Below, piece by piece: positions 44,447 through 53,942 of a stretch of 64,000 nt of DNA. The DNA comes from Armatimonadia bacterium (GTDB lineage Bacteria; Armatimonadota; Zipacnadia; Zipacnadales; UBA11051): the NCBI GenBank assembly GCA_039683575.1, contig JBDKRC010000137.1, forward strand, positions 11,107-75,106, read 5' to 3'. Position 1 is the stretch's first letter; each line of letters starts with the position of its first letter. The notes under the pieces were generated by a model. It was not told where the DNA came from and did no database searches. It saw only the letters and a program-made list of their open reading frames with translations. Made by a program: the position numbers and the translations under genes.

Positions 44447-47167
44447 CTACTCGCCGAGGCTGCCGGCGCCGCCGATGTTGGCCTGAGCGGCCGCGAGGCG
44501 TGCGATGGGCACACGCAGCGGGCTGCAGCTCACGTAGTTCAGGCCGACCTTGTGGCAGAACTCGACGGACTTGGGGTCGCCGCCGTGCTCGCCGCAGATG
44601 CCGAGCTCGAGCTTCGCGTTCGAAGCGCGGCCCTTCTTGCAGGCCATGTCCACGAGACCGCCAACGCCACGGGTGTCCAGGGTCTCGAAGGGGCTGACCT
44701 GGAAGATCCGCTGCGTGACGTAGGAGGGGAAGAACTTGCCCTCGACGTCGTCGCGGGAGAACCCGAACGCGGTCTGCGTGAGGTCGTTGGTGCCGAAGGA
44801 CACGAACTGCGCGATCTGAGCGATCTCGTCAGCGATGACGCACGCGCGCGGCAGCTCGATCATCGTGCCGATCATGTACTCGACTTCGACCTTCTTGGCA
44901 GCCATGACTTCCTTGGCCACGCGGTTGGTGTACTCGAAGCAGATCTCGAGCTCGCCCAGGAGGCTGACCAGCGGGATCATGACTTCGGGGATGGGGTTGA
45001 GGCCCTTCTTCTTCAGGTCGCAAGCGGCCTCGAAGATCGCGCGGACCTGCATCTCGTAGATCTCGGGGAAGGTGACGCCGAGGCGGCAGCCGCGGTGGCC
45101 GAGCATCGGGTTGAGCTCGTGCAGGCTGGCGGCCTTGTCCTGGATCTCCTTGACCGTCTTGCCAGTGGCAGCGGCACACTCCTTGAGCGTGTCAGGGGTG
45201 TTGGGCAGGAACTCATGCAGCGGCGGGTCCAGCAGGCGGATGATGACGGGCTTGCCGTCCATGGCCTTGAGGATGCCCAGGAAGTCCTTCTTCTGGAAGG
45301 GCAGGAGCTCCTTGGCCGCGGCGGTCCGCTCTTCGACGGTGTCGGACAGGATCATCTTGCGGAACGTGAGGATCCGGTCTTCGCCAAAGAACATGTGCTC
45401 GGTGCGGGTCAGGCCGATGCCCTCAGCGCCCAGAGCGATTGCCAGCGCGCTGTCTTCGGGGGTGTCAGCGTTGGTGCGCACGCCCAGCCTGCGGTTCTCG
45501 TCGGCCCACTGCATCAGACGCGAGAAGTAGCCATACAGCGGGTCCTTCTGCGCCTTCTTGTTGCCCTTGAGGGCGAGGATGACGGGGCTGTCGCCGGTCG
45601 GTACGTCGCCCGCCATGACTTCGCCGGTGGCGCCGTCAATGGAGATGTACTCGCCCTGCTTGACGACTTTGCCGCCGACGGTGAACTGCTTCTTCTTGTA
45701 GTCGATCTCGATCGCGCTGCAGCCGACGACGCACGGCTTGCCCATCTGGCGGCCCACAACGGCGGCGTGGGAGGTCTTGCCACCGAACTGGGTCAGAATG
45801 CCCTGCGCGGCCGCCATGCCACGGATGTCCTCGGGGGAGGTCTCCGTGCGGACCAGCACTACGCGGTTGCCCTTCTCGGCTTCCTTGACGGCGTCGGCGG
45901 CGAGGAATACGACTTCGCCAGCGGCAGCGCCGGGAGAGGCCGGAACGCCCTTGCCCATGGCCTTCGGCTTGGCCTTGGAGTCAAACTGCGGGTGCAGGAC
46001 CTGGTCGAGCTGGTCCGGCGGTACGAGCATGACAGCGTCCTGCGGGGTGATTGCGCCCTCGTCAACGAGGTCCACAGCGATCTTCAACGCGGCCTGCGCG
46101 GTGCGCTTGCCGTTGCGGGTCTGCAGCATGTAGAGCGTGCCCTTTTCGACCGTGAACTCTACGTCCTGCATGTTCTTGTAGTGCTTCTCGAGCTTCTGGG
46201 TGATGGCGATGAACTGGTCGTAGACCTTCTTGTTCAGCTTCGCCAGCTCGGAGATGGGCATGGGGGTGCGGATGCCGGCCACGACGTCCTCGCCCTGCGC
46301 ATTCTGCAGGTACTCGCCGTACATGACCTTCTCGCCGGTTGCGGGGTCGCGGGTGAACGCAACGCCGGTGCCGGAGTCGTCGCCCATGTTGCCAAAGACC
46401 ATCGTCTGCACGTTGACCGCGGTGCCCCAGTCGTGCGGGATCTTGTTCATGTTGCGGTACGCGATGGCGCGGTCATTGTTCCACGAGCCAAAAACGGCGC
46501 TGACGCCGGCCATGAGCTGCGTGCGGGCATCCTGCGGGAAGTCCTTGCCGAGGGCCTTCTTGTAGGTGGCCTTCTCGAGTTCGACAACCTTGCGCAGGCC
46601 GGCGGCGGAGACTTCGGTGTCTTCCTTGACGCCCTCTTCCTTCTTGACCTGATCCAGGCAGGCCTCGAAGTCGTGGCGCTTGACGCCCATGACAACGTCA
46701 CCGAACATCATGATCAGGCGGCGATAGGCGTCGAAGACGAACCGCTCGTTGCCGGTGGCCTTAACCATGGCCTCGGCGACGACGTCATTCATGCCAACGT
46801 TGAGCACGGTGTCCATCATGCCGGGCATGGACTCGCGGGCGCCGGAGCGAACCGAGACCAGCAGCGGGTTCTTGGGGTCGCCAAACTTCTTGCCCGTCTG
46901 CTTCTCGAGCTCAGCGGTGCACTTGTCGATCTCTTTCTCGAGGCCGGCGGGAAACTGGTTGCCGTTCTTGGTGTAGGCGATGCACTCGGCAGTGGTCACG
47001 GTGAACCCGGGCGGCACGGGCACGCCAAGGGTCATCATGATGTTCAGGTTGGCACCCTTGCCGCCAAGCAGGTCCTTGAGCGCCTGACCGTCTTTCTTCA
47101 GCTCAGCGGCCAATGCATTGGCATCGTCTGTAAACATGTAAACCGGCTTATACTTGCCCATCGACAC
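44447..47167 (-). CDS. ppdK: pyruvate, phosphate dikinase
   Basis: GGKGANLNIMMTLGVPVPPGF; catalytic His region GGKTSHAAVVGRQMGKPCVVG; C-terminal PEP-utilising domain NDLTQTAFGFSRDD. Confidence 0.95.
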   Translation of the reverse strand: MSMGKYKPVYMFTDDANALAAELKKDGQALKDLLGGKGANLNIMMTLGVPVPPGFTVTTAECIAYTKNGNQFPAGLEKEIDKCTAELEKQTGKKFGDPKNPLLVSVRSGARESMPGMMDTVLNVGMNDVVAEAMVKATGNERFVFDAYRRLIMMFGDVVMGVKRHDFEACLDQVKKEEGVKEDTEVSAAGLRKVVELEKATYKKALGKDFPQDARTQLMAGVSAVFGSWNNDRAIAYRNMNKIPHDWGTAVNVQTMVFGNMGDDSGTGVAFTRDPATGEKVMYGEYLQNAQGEDVVAGIRTPMPISELAKLNKKVYDQFIAITQKLEKHYKNMQDVEFTVEKGTLYMLQTRNGKRTAQAALKIAVDLVDEGAITPQDAVMLVPPDQLDQVLHPQFDSKAKPKAMGKGVPASPGAAAGEVVFLAADAVKEAEKGNRVVLVRTETSPEDIRGMAAAQGILTQFGGKTSHAAVVGRQMGKPCVVGCSAIEIDYKKKQFTVGGKVVKQGEYISIDGATGEVMAGDVPTGDSPVILALKGNKKAQKDPLYGYFSRLMQWADENRRLGVRTNADTPEDSALAIALGAEGIGLTRTEHMFFGEDRILTFRKMILSDTVEERTAAAKELLPFQKKDFLGILKAMDGKPVIIRLLDPPLHEFLPNTPDTLKECAAATGKTVKEIQDKAASLHELNPMLGHRGCRLGVTFPEIYEMQVRAIFEAACDLKKKGLNPIPEVMIPLVSLLGELEICFEYTNRVAKEVMAAKKVEVEYMIGTMIELPRACVIADEIAQIAQFVSFGTNDLTQTAFGFSRDDVEGKFFPSYVTQRIFQVSPFETLDTRGVGGLVDMACKKGRASNAKLELGICGEHGGDPKSVEFCHKVGLNYVSCSPLRVPIARLAAAQANIGGAGSLGE

Positions 47168-47237
47168 AAACCTCCCAAGTTATCTCTAACACTGCGCGGC
47201 TATGGCGCTTGTGTTGGTTCCGACCAAGACTCTCTGT

Positions 47238-47513
47238 CTACAACTCCACCTCGACCCGCTCTTCCCTTAGCAGCCGCCGGTAGTCATCGCGCTTGTCTCG
47301 CGCCACCGGCCGCTCTGGGAGCCCCAGCACCTCCCACTCGGCCACCTTCAGTCCCAGCTTCAGCGTGATCTTCTGCCCCACTCGCACCTCAGCGCTGGGC
47401 TTGGCCCGCTTGCCATCAATCTCCACGAGCCCCGCGTCGGATGCTTGCTTGGCCCGCTCGCGACGAGGTACGAGGCCCGTGTTCTGAAGGAACTTATCAA
47501 GTCTCATGTGCAT
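47238..47513 (-). CDS. RNA-binding S4 domain protein (Hsp15/YlmH-like)
   Basis: MRLDKFLQNTGLVPRRERAKQASDAGLVEIDGKRAKPSAEVRVGQKITL. Confidence 0.65.
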   Translation of the reverse strand: MHMRLDKFLQNTGLVPRRERAKQASDAGLVEIDGKRAKPSAEVRVGQKITLKLGLKVAEWEVLGLPERPVARDKRDDYRRLLREERVEVEL

Positions 47514-48282
47514 TCCGCCGCTCGTCGGCCTTTGCCTGCTCCCAAAGCACGTCCATCTCTGGCAGAGTCATCTGCGCGAGCTTTCGGCCCTGTGCTTTGG
47601 CCTGCGCCTCGACGTTGCGGAAGCGCCGCGAGAAACGCGCATTGGCCTGGCGCAGCGCGCTCTCGGGGTCCACTTTCAGGAAGCGGGCATAGTTGCAGAC
47701 GGCGAAGAGCAGGTCGCCAATCTCATGTATGGCTTCGGCGGGGGATGCGGCTGCTTGCGCCTCTTGAAGCTCTTCCTCAATCTTGGCCAGGGGGCCCTGA
47801 TAGTCTTCCCAGTCGAAGCCTACCTTAGCCGCCTTCTTCTGCAACTTATCCGCCTGCTGCAACGCCGGCAGGTTGTGCGGCACGCCATCGAGTGCCGACT
47901 CCCGATCCTGATGCTCGTCTTCAGCCCGCTTAAGTCGCTCCCAGTTCGTCAGCACCTCGTCAGCGCCGCTCACCGTCACCTCGCCAAAGACGTGCGGGTG
48001 GCGGTATTCAAGCTTGTCACTGATCTTGCGGCACACATCCTGAATATCAAAGAGACCGGTCTCGGCAGCCAGTTGGGCATGGAAGACCACCTGCAGAAGC
48101 AGGTCACCAAGCTCGCCCGGAAGCCGCTCCAGGTCGCCTTCATCTATTGCTTCGAGGACTTCGTACGCTTCTTCGAGCAGATACGGCCGTAGCGATTCGT
48201 GGGTCTGCTGCGCATCCCAGGGGCACCCATCCGGGCCCCGCAGACGCGCCATGATGTCTATCAGGCGGTCAAATTCGCTCAT
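47497..48282 (-). CDS. mazG: nucleoside triphosphate pyrophosphohydrolase MazG
   Basis: MSEFDRLIDIMARLRGPDGCPWDAQQTHESLRPYLLEEAYEVLEAID plus a second EEL.E motif. Confidence 0.85.
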   Translation of the reverse strand: MSEFDRLIDIMARLRGPDGCPWDAQQTHESLRPYLLEEAYEVLEAIDEGDLERLPGELGDLLLQVVFHAQLAAETGLFDIQDVCRKISDKLEYRHPHVFGEVTVSGADEVLTNWERLKRAEDEHQDRESALDGVPHNLPALQQADKLQKKAAKVGFDWEDYQGPLAKIEEELQEAQAAASPAEAIHEIGDLLFAVCNYARFLKVDPESALRQANARFSRRFRNVEAQAKAQGRKLAQMTLPEMDVLWEQAKADERRNAHET

Positions 48283-48470
48283 TTTACTGCCAGCACGCAA
48301 CGACCGCCGGGGGTCCGGCGGATCGGGCGGTTATCATACCACATCAGAGACAGCGAAGGCTACACCCTATGCCGCTGCGGGCTCAGGAGCCCTGCGCAGA
48401 CACCCCAATAGGGCAGGCGTATGGTGCCTGCCCTACTGGTTCGGTGCAGAGTTTGCGGGTTGTGATGAGC

Positions 48471-49517
48471 CTAGCTCGCCGGAACGGCGGGCGCAGCGGG
48501 CTGCTGGCCGGCCGGCGGGGCTGGGGCAGCGGGCTGCCCGGCCGGGGCCGGAGCAGCCGCGGGAGCCTTTGCACCCTCAGGCCGCTGCTCGCCAAAGGAC
48601 GGCAGCGCCTGCTGCGGCTTGCCAAACATCTTCTCCATGTCCTTGTACTTCGGATCCAGGATCTGAACGCGAGCCGTATTGCGGGCTTCCTCGATGATAT
48701 CCTGAACCTGGCGCGCGTTCTGCAGCACATACTGCTCCTTCACGCGCTCCTTGATCTTCGGGTTGCTGAAGTCGGCCTTCTCCGCCGGGTTCTTGGCATC
48801 CAGCTTGACGATATACCATTGGCTGTCAGCCTTGATCGGCTGGCTGATCTGCCCGACTGTCATGTTGGCAACGATGCCGCGCAGTCCCTCAGGCATGACC
48901 TGCGTGATCGGCTCTTCAGGGCGAACGCCGCCGCGCTCACGGGTGTAGCCGGAAAGGGAATTCTGCCGGGCCAGTGTCGCAAAGGAGGCCTTCGGATCGT
49001 TGAGTTGCTGCCTGATCTGGTCGGCCTTGGCCTTGTCAGCTACCACGATCTCGGAGAGAGTGACCGTCGCCGGGCGACCGAACTGCATTCGGTACTTCTC
49101 AAAGAACTTCTGCAGGTCCTGATCGGTGTACTTGACGTCCTTCTCAGCCAGCTTTTTGACCTTGAGTTGGAACGTCACGAAATCCTTGAACTGGACTTCA
49201 GTCATGCCCTGCTGCTTGAGAAAGCCCTGCCACGCCGCATCGTCCGGGGCGCGCTCACGCAGCTTCTGAATCTCGCCATTGATCTCGGCATCCGTAACCT
49301 GCAGCTTGGCCGCGTCGAACTGTGACTGCAGCATACGCCGTGCGATCAGGTCCGCCAGCACCTGCTGGCCGCCCGTCTGCTCCAGCCGATCGTAGAATTC
49401 CTTCTTGCTGATCCGGCTGCCATTGACGATGGCAACAGGCTGATTGCTGCAGCCGATGACCGTCAAGGTCGCCACCGCTGCCAAGAGCACCGACAACGAC
49501 CGGCATAGCTTGCGCAA
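48471..49517 (-). CDS. peptidyl-prolyl cis-trans isomerase, parvulin (PpiC) type lipoprotein (PrsA/SurA-like) with Pro/Ala-rich C-terminal tail
   Basis: Lipobox LTVIGCS; PpiC domain region; tail AAPAPAGQPAAPAPPAGQQPAAPAVPAS. Confidence 0.75.
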   Translation of the reverse strand: MRKLCRSLSVLLAAVATLTVIGCSNQPVAIVNGSRISKKEFYDRLEQTGGQQVLADLIARRMLQSQFDAAKLQVTDAEINGEIQKLRERAPDDAAWQGFLKQQGMTEVQFKDFVTFQLKVKKLAEKDVKYTDQDLQKFFEKYRMQFGRPATVTLSEIVVADKAKADQIRQQLNDPKASFATLARQNSLSGYTRERGGVRPEEPITQVMPEGLRGIVANMTVGQISQPIKADSQWYIVKLDAKNPAEKADFSNPKIKERVKEQYVLQNARQVQDIIEEARNTARVQILDPKYKDMEKMFGKPQQALPSFGEQRPEGAKAPAAAPAPAGQPAAPAPPAGQQPAAPAVPAS

Positions 49518-49557
49518 AAGAATCGCCTCTTTCCTGTGAATGGGCCGTCCACCATGC

Positions 49558-49588
49558 AGGCCATTGATGGCCTACAGGCCATTGATGG
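49558..49588. repeat. tandem direct repeat of a 15-mer (caggccattgatggc x2, 3-bp spacer), each with an internal near-palindrome GCCAT-tg-ATGGC
   Basis: catgcaggccattgatggcctacaggccattgatggctcaag, lying between the fliA 3' end and the PPIase start. Confidence 0.7.
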
Positions 49589-49727
49589 CTCAAGCGCGCC
49601 CAGAACGCACGACAGCAGCGCGAGGACAGGCAACAACGTGCCTGCTCGCCCTGCACGTTCGCCGCATTATAGCAGAAGACTCTGGAAAACTAAACAAGCA
49701 AATAGTGGGAAGAAGTGCCCGGCCGGG

Positions 49728-50426
49728 CTAATCAAGCCGCAATTCCCGCTGCACCGAGGCTCGCAGCCGGGCCGTGGCCTGAGTGTGGATCTGGCAGATC
49801 CGGGACTCGGTGACGCCCATGATCTCGCCAATCTCCTTGAGGGTCAGTTCCTGCTCATAGTAGAGGCTTATTACCGTCCGTTCACGGTCTGGCAGAGCCA
49901 GGACCGCCGCTGCCACGAGCCGCCGCAACTCCACCTTCTCCATCACCGCCAGTGGGTCTGCGAACTCTTCGGAGACCTCGATACCGGCATAGTCAGCGAT
50001 CTCATGCGGCTCATCCCCCAGCAGCAACTCCTCGATCGAGCCGATGGTAGCGATGCTTGCCGCGGACAGGAAACGATGATACTCCGGCAATTCCATCCCC
50101 ATTGCCTCGGCGACTTCCTCCTCCTCCGGAGCACGCAGTAGCCGCCCTTCCAACTCGTTGATGACTTCCGCCAGTTGCCGCAGCTTGCGGCGCATGCTCC
50201 GCGGGGCCCAATCCTTGGCTCTCAGCGACTCCATGACCTCGCCCCGCACTACCGTGGTGGCATAGGTCTCAAACTTCACTCCGCGGTCCGGGTCGAAGCG
50301 ATCCACGGCCTTGATCAGGCCGAGAATGCCCGCTGACACCAGGTCCTCGCGGTCCACGTTGTTCGGCAGATGGGTGGTGATGCGGCCGACAACATACTTC
50401 ACAATCCTGACGTGGTCACGGATCAC
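49728..50426 (-). CDS. fliA: RNA polymerase sigma-28 factor (FliA/SigD/WhiG). The true N-terminus probably extends about 20 codons upstream of the GTG at 50426.
   Basis: Regions 2-4: DLVSAGILGLIKAVDRFDPDRGVKFETYATTVVRGEV..., VISLYYEQELTLKEIGEIMGVTESRICQIHTQA. Upstream in-frame ...VAEWCQTPAEREQVIRDHV resembles the SigD N-terminal region (W..W...ARE.L) but has no ATG/GTG/TTG. Confidence 0.8.
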   Translation of the reverse strand: MIRDHVRIVKYVVGRITTHLPNNVDREDLVSAGILGLIKAVDRFDPDRGVKFETYATTVVRGEVMESLRAKDWAPRSMRRKLRQLAEVINELEGRLLRAPEEEEVAEAMGMELPEYHRFLSAASIATIGSIEELLLGDEPHEIADYAGIEVSEEFADPLAVMEKVELRRLVAAAVLALPDRERTVISLYYEQELTLKEIGEIMGVTESRICQIHTQATARLRASVQRELRLD

Positions 50427-50485
50427 CTGCTCGCGCTCTGCAGGCGTCTGGCACCACTCAGCAACTATCTGCCGAACCGTAGCGC

Positions 50486-52489
50486 TCAGATTGCTCCCTC
50501 CTTTATCACGGTCGCGACCGGGTCGGCCATGGGCACCTGGGCGGTGTGGATCGTGTGAACTTCAGTCAGCGGCAGCAGTTCCGCGGCCTGCACGGCGCGA
50601 AGGGCCGCGCCTGACTCTGCGATGAGTTGTGCCACCGCTCCGCGAGTCCGGGCGGTGCATAGTACGGTCGCCGGGTGCCCCGGGGCGCCGAGACGCTCTG
50701 CCAACTGCCTCAACATCGCGAACCATAGCGCTGCACGCTGAGGAGCCAAGGCCAGCGGCAGCCCCGAACGGTCCACGGCCGTTGCCAGTTCCTGCTCCAG
50801 TTCGCGCGCGAGTTCAACCACTTCGACGAAGCCACCGGGCGCCACCAGCCGCGTAATCGTCTGCGCCAGCGCGGGTCGCGCTGCCTCTGCCAGGTCGGCC
50901 GCTGTTCGGCCCTGCGCGGTTGCCAGCGCCTCCAGGAGCGATATCCGTTCAGTCAGGGGCACGCCCTCCGCCAACAGGCATCTGCCCACCTCACGCACGT
51001 CGCTCAGCGTTACCCCTGCCTGCCTGACCGCCGCCACTGTCGCCGGATGCGTTACCTCCGCCATCTGCAGCAGTTCGGTCGCCCGCTGCAGGTCAAACAG
51101 CTCGGCGGCATGGCTGGTCACTGACGCCCGCACGTGCAACACCAACACCGCCAGCGGGTCCAGGACATGGTAGCTCGCTGCGTCCAAAGGCTGGGCATCG
51201 GTGTCTCGCAGCCAAGTCGCCTGCGCCCCATCCGGAAGGGCGGTTTCCAGCCCACCGCCCGGTAGCACCGCCTCCGCTACCGGAGCCACGAGCAAGCGCC
51301 CCGGGCGCAGTGTCGCCTCGGTGACCGTGCTGCCGCCCAACACGATGCGAAAACTGTTGCCCTGCAGGCCCTGCTCATCAGTCACGGCAAAAGGTGGCAC
51401 CGCGAAGCCCAATTCGTCCGATAGCGCCCCGCGTGTCTTCGCCAGCAGCCCTGGCAAGTCGTGTCCGGCCACCAGGCCGATCAAGCCGAGGCCCAGCCGC
51501 AGTTCCAGTTGTCCTGCAGGCTGCTCCTCAGGCGGAGGGGGTTGCGACCACTGTGCACGGTGCAAGTACAAGCCGCAGGCGCCCACAAGCGCCGCCGACA
51601 GCAGCAGTGGAGCCTTCGCTATCCCCGGAGCCAGTCCCACCAACAACAGGGCCATCGCCACTGCCCCGATCAGCGCGGGACGCGCCACCAGTTCGCGCAG
51701 GAACGGTCCGCCTTCCGGCTGCTCCGCTGTCCGCGCCAGCAGCAGCGCCGCCGCGGCCCCCATCAGGATCGCCGAGATCATCAGGATCGTCGCCTGTCCC
51801 AGGGCGGGAATGGCCTGATCGGCCACCGGCATCCCGTTTGCCATGCCGGCCAGCGGAATGGCAACGGTGATCACCACTATGGCGATGGCGTCCCCCTTAA
51901 GAAACCGGGCCACCCCATCCATCGCGCCAAAGAAGCTCTGCTGGGCCTCCATCCGCCGCGCCTCGGCCGCTCCGGCTTCAGGAGTGAGACGTCCCGCCGA
52001 GAGCGCCGCCTCAAGTGCCATCTGCTTGCCTGGCATGGCGTCGAGCGCAAAGCGCGCAGCAACTTCGGCAAGGCGCATGACACCGAGGTTGATCACTATG
52101 AAGGTGACAATTACCAGCAAGGCCAGCAGCACCACGGCGCTGAGAATCTGGCTCCCGCCGCCGGTCATCTGCATCCCGAGACTCTGTGCCAGCGAGCCCG
52201 CAGCGCCTCCGGTCGTGACTGCCCGCAGCGCCCCGAGGCACAGCCCCACCCGGAGCAGGCTCGCCGTCACCATCACCACGGGCAGCGAAGCAAACCGCTC
52301 GACGCTTGCGGCCGAGGCCGCCAGAATCAGTACGGCCACCGCCAGCGCCAGATTAGCCGCGAATAGCGCGTCGAGCACCACGCCCGGCAGCGGCATCACC
52401 AGCAACGCGAGCGCGACCAGCACGGCCAGCATTACCACGTGTTCACGTGTCAGCTTGAGCCTGGTTATTGGGCCGAGCAACTCAGCCAC
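50486..52489 (-). CDS. flhA: flagellar-type III export gate protein FlhA (FHIPEP family)
   Basis: Start GTG 52489 with a GGAGGGG RBS; the ORF-track extension to 52657 is not supported. LVMPLPGVVLDALFAANLALAVAVLILA; cytoplasmic domain conserved. 667 aa. Confidence 0.9.
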   Translation of the reverse strand: MAELLGPITRLKLTREHVVMLAVLVALALLVMPLPGVVLDALFAANLALAVAVLILAASAASVERFASLPVVMVTASLLRVGLCLGALRAVTTGGAAGSLAQSLGMQMTGGGSQILSAVVLLALLVIVTFIVINLGVMRLAEVAARFALDAMPGKQMALEAALSAGRLTPEAGAAEARRMEAQQSFFGAMDGVARFLKGDAIAIVVITVAIPLAGMANGMPVADQAIPALGQATILMISAILMGAAAALLLARTAEQPEGGPFLRELVARPALIGAVAMALLLVGLAPGIAKAPLLLSAALVGACGLYLHRAQWSQPPPPEEQPAGQLELRLGLGLIGLVAGHDLPGLLAKTRGALSDELGFAVPPFAVTDEQGLQGNSFRIVLGGSTVTEATLRPGRLLVAPVAEAVLPGGGLETALPDGAQATWLRDTDAQPLDAASYHVLDPLAVLVLHVRASVTSHAAELFDLQRATELLQMAEVTHPATVAAVRQAGVTLSDVREVGRCLLAEGVPLTERISLLEALATAQGRTAADLAEAARPALAQTITRLVAPGGFVEVVELARELEQELATAVDRSGLPLALAPQRAALWFAMLRQLAERLGAPGHPATVLCTARTRGAVAQLIAESGAALRAVQAAELLPLTEVHTIHTAQVPMADPVATVIKEGAI

Positions 52490-52508
52490 GTAGCCCCTCC
52501 GTAATCGA

Positions 52509-53210
52509 TCATGAGCTTCTGCCCTTCCTTGCCCGCCGCTTCGCGAGCCCCGGCCCCTCCGTCTCCTTCTGCTCATCAAGAAGCTCCCGGTGTGACAGAC
52601 GCGCCTGTTGCATGTATGCCGCCCGCGTCCACAGCAGGTGTAGCAGCGCCATGCCAACGAGCACCGCGAGCCATCTCCCCCACGCCTGCGCCAGCGCCGG
52701 CCGCGCCCAGAGTTCCTGCCAACTCTCCGCCCGGCCCCACGCTCCCAACAGCCCCGCCAGCACTACTCCTCCACCAGCAAGTGCCACCGTCCCCAGCATC
52801 AGCCCCGGCCACTGCACTCCTCCACGCTTGGCCCGCCGCAAGCTTTTTCGCATCAGCCCCACGCTCTCTCCACTCCCTGCCTCACCCGTCTGCAGTCCCC
52901 GTGCGAGTGCTGCCACTATCGCAGCCGCGCCGCCCAGCGCTGTGATGACAAGCGCGCCCAGACCCAGGTGCCATGCCAGCAGGCTCCGAAGGCGCGCTGG
53001 CTCGTGCGCCACCAGTGCTTCATGCTGCAAGTCACGTGCCAGAACCAGCCGCGCGAGGTGCAGAAGCTGTGGGCCGAGGAATATCAGCCCCAGCGTCGCC
53101 CCAACCAGCACTGCCGCGCCAGTTAGCGCGGTCGTATCCGGTATCACCCCCGCTTGCCGCAACCGCGCCAGCCGTCGTGCTGTTGGTGGATAGCGCTTCA
53201 GCTCATCCAT
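52509..53210 (-). CDS. flhB: FlhB export switch protein, transmembrane domain only (234 aa). The C-terminal autocleaving NPTH domain is absent.
   Basis: MDELKRYPPTARRLARLRQAGVIPDTTAL...four TM helices...LSHRELLDEQKETEGPGLAKRRARKGRSS*. The stop falls where FlhB_C normally begins. flhA starts 20 nt downstream. Confidence 0.75.
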   Translation of the reverse strand: MDELKRYPPTARRLARLRQAGVIPDTTALTGAAVLVGATLGLIFLGPQLLHLARLVLARDLQHEALVAHEPARLRSLLAWHLGLGALVITALGGAAAIVAALARGLQTGEAGSGESVGLMRKSLRRAKRGGVQWPGLMLGTVALAGGGVVLAGLLGAWGRAESWQELWARPALAQAWGRWLAVLVGMALLHLLWTRAAYMQQARLSHRELLDEQKETEGPGLAKRRARKGRSS

Positions 53211-53934
53211 GCTGCGCCAGCCAGCGGACAAGCTCCCGCGCCGTCTCGTTCATCTGCCCGAGCATGAAGCCGCCAAGCAGTGGGGCGACGACCACCAGCG
53301 CCACGAGTGTCACGAGGTATCGCAGCCCGACCGCTACCTCCAGCGCCTGCAACCCCACCAGACATCGCTGTGCCGAGGCCGCGATCAGCGAGGCGAGCAC
53401 CACCGCCAGCACCATCGGGGCTGCCGCGGCCAGGGCGACGGCGAGGAGCCTTGCCGGCCAGTAGAGCCACAGCGGGTGCGCCAGTAGTGGCGTCGTGCCG
53501 AGTAGCGGCAGAGCTTGATATGAGTCGCGAAGCAGCGCGATGAGCCAGTGAGGACCGTTCAGCACCACAAACAGTACTATGGCCAGCAAATACATCAGGT
53601 TGGCGACAGGGCCCTCTTCCCCATCCCCCACCAGGCCCTGCTCCGCCAGGTGGCCGGCGGCTTGCATGCCCCACACGGTAAGCCACAACCCGAAACCGAG
53701 AATCAGCCCAATCGCCACTTCGCGCACCAGCGCCGCGACATATAGCCCCACTGGCAGCAGCCTCACTCCGCCATCAAGCGACAACCCCAGGGGCAGCGCT
53801 ACTACGGCAGCCACACCCAACCGCAGCGGCAACGGAAACTGCCGCGCGCCCGTCGGCGGCGCCAGCGACAGCGCGCCGGCGCACCGCCCGAAGACGAGCC
53901 CCCACAGTGGTAGATAGGCCGCCCAGTCTCCCAT
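53203..53934 (-). CDS. fliR: flagellar biosynthetic protein FliR
   Basis: Polytopic membrane protein in canonical position between fliQ and flhB; FliR-like N-terminus. Confidence 0.8.
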   Translation of the reverse strand: MGDWAAYLPLWGLVFGRCAGALSLAPPTGARQFPLPLRLGVAAVVALPLGLSLDGGVRLLPVGLYVAALVREVAIGLILGFGLWLTVWGMQAAGHLAEQGLVGDGEEGPVANLMYLLAIVLFVVLNGPHWLIALLRDSYQALPLLGTTPLLAHPLWLYWPARLLAVALAAAAPMVLAVVLASLIAASAQRCLVGLQALEVAVGLRYLVTLVALVVVAPLLGGFMLGQMNETARELVRWLAQHG

Positions 53935-53942
53935 CGAGGCCC

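Noticed and set aside
44432-47368. 978-aa plus-strand ORF, longer than the gene it opposes
   Set aside because: Antisense to ppdK. Its Gly/Ala/Leu/Asp-rich translation has no similarity to any protein, whereas the ppdK frame is unmistakable.
51201-52493. Multiple plus-strand ORFs (about 200-300 aa) opposite flhA
   Set aside because: Ser/Ala/Pro/Arg-rich antisense artefacts.
52489-52657. FlhA N-terminal extension in the ORF track (MAWRCYTCCGRGRH...)
   Set aside because: Cys/Arg-rich, and it overlaps the flhB 3' end. GTG 52489 has a strong GGAGGGG RBS and yields a canonical FlhA N-terminus.
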